Assembly: GCA_963810935.1 (NCBI GenBank)
Contig: CAWEPK010000008.1
Coordinates: 256,001-320,000 of the forward strand
DNA length: 64,000 bases
Origin: an uncultured delta proteobacterium
GTDB lineage: Bacteria; Desulfobacterota; Syntrophorhabdia; Syntrophorhabdales; WCHB1-27
Direction of reading: 5' to 3'
Part shown: in pieces, positions 61,379 to 64,000 of the stretch
Layout: every line of letters begins with the position of its first letter
Position numbering within the stretch: the first letter of the stretch is position 1
Position numbers and translations under genes: made by a program
Notes under the pieces: generated by a model
Seen by the model: the letters and a program-made list of their open reading frames with translations, nothing else
Databases searched by the model: none
Told to the model about the DNA's origin: nothing

Positions 61379-61873
61379 TCAGCAGCCCATGTAGAACGGC
61401 GCCTCTACTATCTCGAACTCCGACTCCCCCTCTTCCGCCTTGCGCGCAAGCACTTCAAGGAGCCTCTGAAAGCTGTATATATGCCATGGCCCGATGGACC
61501 GCACCTTCTGCTTATTCTCCCAATCCCACGCACTCACCTCGTCGAGGGTCACCCTCTTCTTCTCCCCCGTCTCTTTGTAAAGAACCGTGAGGGCTATCTC
61601 GTACCTGCCGTCTTTCTTTTCATCGCCGCTCTCCTTCTTCCTCTGCGGCCGCGGCGTCCGCGTCTCGAACACTTCGATGGAGACGTCTTCCTCTTTACTC
61701 TTTAATACCTCTTTGAAATTCGCCTGCCAGTCATACTCGGGTCTCTTCAGTACCTTGTGATCGGGCGTCTCTTCCCCGTCCTGCGGGACAATGTAGTTGT
61801 GCCTTCCCCGGTAGATAGGGCAATTCCTGCATCCGGCTTTTGAGAAAGGGCACTTGTTAACGTTTTCCGGCAT
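61379..61873 (-). CDS. Hypothetical protein with N-terminal Cys cluster
   Basis: KCPFSKAGCRNCPIYRGRH; ends YMGC. Confidence 0.7.
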   Translation of the reverse strand: MPENVNKCPFSKAGCRNCPIYRGRHNYIVPQDGEETPDHKVLKRPEYDWQANFKEVLKSKEEDVSIEVFETRTPRPQRKKESGDEKKDGRYEIALTVLYKETGEKKRVTLDEVSAWDWENKQKVRSIGPWHIYSFQRLLEVLARKAEEGESEFEIVEAPFYMGC

Positions 61874-61978
61874 CGCTGTTCCTTCGGTGGTGGAATAAAT
61901 GCACTTGTATACTAATATATGCCCACCTCCAAATCAAGTGAGGGCGGACGTGCAAGCACAGCGGGAACGTCTGTGGAG

Positions 61979-62202
61979 CCCCGATTACTGCCGCAGCGAG
62001 CGCCGAGCGCGGCAGTAATAAAGCGAGCGAATGCGAAGCGCCGAGCAGGGAGGCTCGCCGGGCTATACCCGGTGGAGAGGGTGCTTAACCCCGATTACTG
62101 TCGGAGCGAGTGCCGAGCGCGGCAGTAATAAAGCGAGCGAATGCGAAGCGCCGAGCAGGGAGGCTCGCCGGGCTTTGCCCGGCGAGGGGGCGCTGAGCCC
62201 CA
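61979..62202 (+). repeat. Two tandem 110-bp palindromic units containing copies 3 and 4 of the intergenic repeat
   Basis: CCGATTACTG at 61981 and 62091; unit ends are the reverse complement of the 159/4886 element. Confidence 0.9.
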
Positions 62203-62211
62203 ATGATAGAT

Positions 62212-62259
62212 GCCCGTCCGTCCTGCCTTCGGGCAATGCTTCCGGCCGGACGGACGGGC
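62212..62259. terminator. Hairpin downstream of the surface-protein gene
   Basis: GCCCGTCCGTCC...GGACGGACGGGC 12-bp stem. Confidence 0.55.
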
Positions 62260-62270
62260 CTTTTGGAGGG

Positions 62271-64000
62271 CTAGTTAGTGTGCCTTTTCCTGCCGCGCGC
62301 CAGACCTGCTGCGGCCGGGATTGCGACGGGGAAGAGGAAGAGCAGCGTCATCGGATATTTCACTCCGTAGACAATGGGAGTCAACGCGTACCGGGTCAAA
62401 GTGCGGAGCGCCTCGTGGCGCCTTATATGTTCAGCCACGGGCGGTGAAAGCCGGTAGTACATGTGGACGAACGCCGCGCCGATGGGGTTTGTAAGCAGGT
62501 ATTTGTCCCTGAAGCCCCGCAGCACCATGACCTCGGGCGCAAGGTAGCTGCCGTAGGCCGCAGTGGCGATGAAGCACCCGCCGCCGCCGCCGCCGCCCGA
62601 CCCGCTGCCGGGGTCGGCCGATGCAGAAGCCGAGCCGGGAGCCCCGCCGCTGGTGCTTATTAAGGGCATACCGTTAGCCGGGGCAGCAGAGCCGTTATTG
62701 AATGCTCCCATGTCCCATGCGCCGGACGACGGCCGAGCGTTTCCGTTGAAATCGACTGGAGCGATGCCCCACGTGTTCTGCATAATCGAGAAGACGTTGT
62801 CCGGCACGGCCGGCGGCGTTGCCGCCAGGTTAAGACCCGTACCGATGGCAGAGGAGCCGCCCCCAAGGGTAAAGTCCGCGTTCGCGGAGTTATTGAAGTT
62901 CGCGTGCCAGCCTTTGGTAGCGCTGTCGCCCGAATGGCTGTCCTGACCGCTTGCGGCTACCCAGGAAGCCAGATTGGGCGGCGATGTAGAGTAATTGTAA
63001 ATGATAGTCGCGCTGCCGGATGCTATCGGCGCGATATAGTTGTATGCGAGCAGGGCCTCGGAGCCGCCGCCCTGGTCGAACCCGTTGTAGTCGCCGACGT
63101 ACATGGGCGCCAGCGGGTTGCCGTTGATGCTCGGATTTCCCAGGAGCAGGTCCGCATTCCCCGTGCCGTTCTGGTTCTGATAAAAGATCGTGTTATCGCT
63201 GTAAATACGCGTCGGCCTGGTCGGTGCGTTGTCCCCGTCCTGGTTACAGAAGCTATAGATCCCATCGCCGTTGTTGAGGGCAAAAACGCAGTTGTAGAGA
63301 TATACGCTTACCCCCATATAGATCCACATGCCGTCGTGATAGTTGCCATAGCTGATACAGTTTACGTAGTACTGGCGGGCATTCGGGTTACCCGCGTTGT
63401 CCGTGGCGTAATCGTCCGCGTTCGCACCGAATCCGGAATAGCTCTGTGTAGCAACGCAATTGAGATAAAGGATATTGTCCGCATAGCGTCCCGGCGGCTC
63501 GCCGACGCAGCCCGTGTCGAAACCCCTTCCGGTGATCGCCCATGCACTGCAGTTGACGTAGGCAATATTCCAGGAGTTCGTCGTCCAGAACCCCATATTG
63601 ACATCCGTCCCGCCTTCCTGCGTGCCCGGCGCGTTTCCGATGTTGTGGGCGCTGCAATTCTGGTAAACGCCCTGGGTGCAGCCGAAGCTCTCGTCCCCCG
63701 TGTAAAAACCGCCGTTATTGGCACGCGAGTTTCCGTCGCATTCGACATTGTAGATGTAAAAACTACCCTGGCAATGCAGATAGAATGAATACGAGGCCGC
63801 TGAATAGACCCTCATGTTCTTGACGTTGAGGCCCTGCATCGGGTTCGATTCGGACGGGCCGTCCGCCTCGAATCCCCTGTTGGTGCTGTTCTGCACGTCG
63901 AACCCCTGCGCGCTCGCGCCGTCCAGCGTCACATAGTTCGTGTTCGTAACCTGGATCAGCGCGCTGTACTGGCCCAGGCCCGCGCCGCCGCCGTTAAAAA
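62271..64000 (-). CDS. Parallel beta-helix surface protein with CFI-box-CTERM (5' end outside window)
   Basis: Asn/Gly-rich beta-helix repeats, DFNGNARP...WDMGAF, Gly linker, [20 protein letters not shown] + basic tail. Confidence 0.85.
   Translation of the reverse strand, partial: FNGGGAGLGQYSALIQVTNTNYVTLDGASAQGFDVQNSTNRGFEADGPSESNPMQGLNVKNMRVYSAASYSFYLHCQGSFYIYNVECDGNSRANNGGFYTGDESFGCTQGVYQNCSAHNIGNAPGTQEGGTDVNMGFWTTNSWNIAYVNCSAWAITGRGFDTGCVGEPPGRYADNILYLNCVATQSYSGFGANADDYATDNAGNPNARQYYVNCISYGNYHDGMWIYMGVSVYLYNCVFALNNGDGIYSFCNQDGDNAPTRPTRIYSDNTIFYQNQNGTGNADLLLGNPSINGNPLAPMYVGDYNGFDQGGGSEALLAYNYIAPIASGSATIIYNYSTSPPNLASWVAASGQDSHSGDSATKGWHANFNNSANADFTLGGGSSAIGTGLNLAATPPAVPDNVFSIMQNTWGIAPVDFNGNARPSSGAWDMGAFNNGSAAPANGMPLISTSGGAPGSASASADPGSGSGGGGGGGCFIATAAYGSYLAPEVMVLRGFRDKYLLTNPIGAAFVHMYYRLSPPVAEHIRRHEALRTLTRYALTPIVYGVKYPMTLLFLFPVAIPAAAGLARGRKRHTN

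Noticed and set aside
61979..62202. CRISPR array
   Set aside because: Only two 110-bp units, no unique spacers, no cas genes

Overview
GC-rich anaerobic bacterial chromosome segment. Gene content (TRAP/Liv transporters, FixABCX, Hcr-like Mo enzyme, Re-citrate-synthase-like enzyme, aspS-prfB-zapA-6S-rny-ymdB-tyrS block) suggests a deltaproteobacterial syntroph such as Syntrophorhabdus; this is inference. Positions 1-25 kb hold a catabolic island: split B12 acyl-CoA mutase, MeaB, epimerase, class III CoA-transferase, acyl-CoA dehydrogenase, EtfAB/FixCX, an HcrBCA-like molybdo-flavoenzyme lacking the canonical catalytic Glu, two TRAP systems, and a saccharopine-dehydrogenase-like plus Kat-like aminotransferase pair. 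Three of its promoter regions share the identical palindrome GTATACTGTATAC, suggesting one GntR regulon for an unidentified, probably N-containing acid; this is the best candidate for an undescribed system. Positions 26-37 kb hold a FadR/Liv/XDH-like/hyi/glxR operon, 37-51 kb mixed genes, 51-61 kb housekeeping genes (prfB programmed frameshift, 6S RNA), and the end a MazF-type TA pair, a palindromic tandem repeat and a CFI-box-CTERM surface protein. A covarying hairpin repeat family occurs four times, once beside a duplicated gene 3' end. Six single-base frameshifts look like read errors, several at AGCT. No tRNA, rRNA, CRISPR array or transposase was seen.
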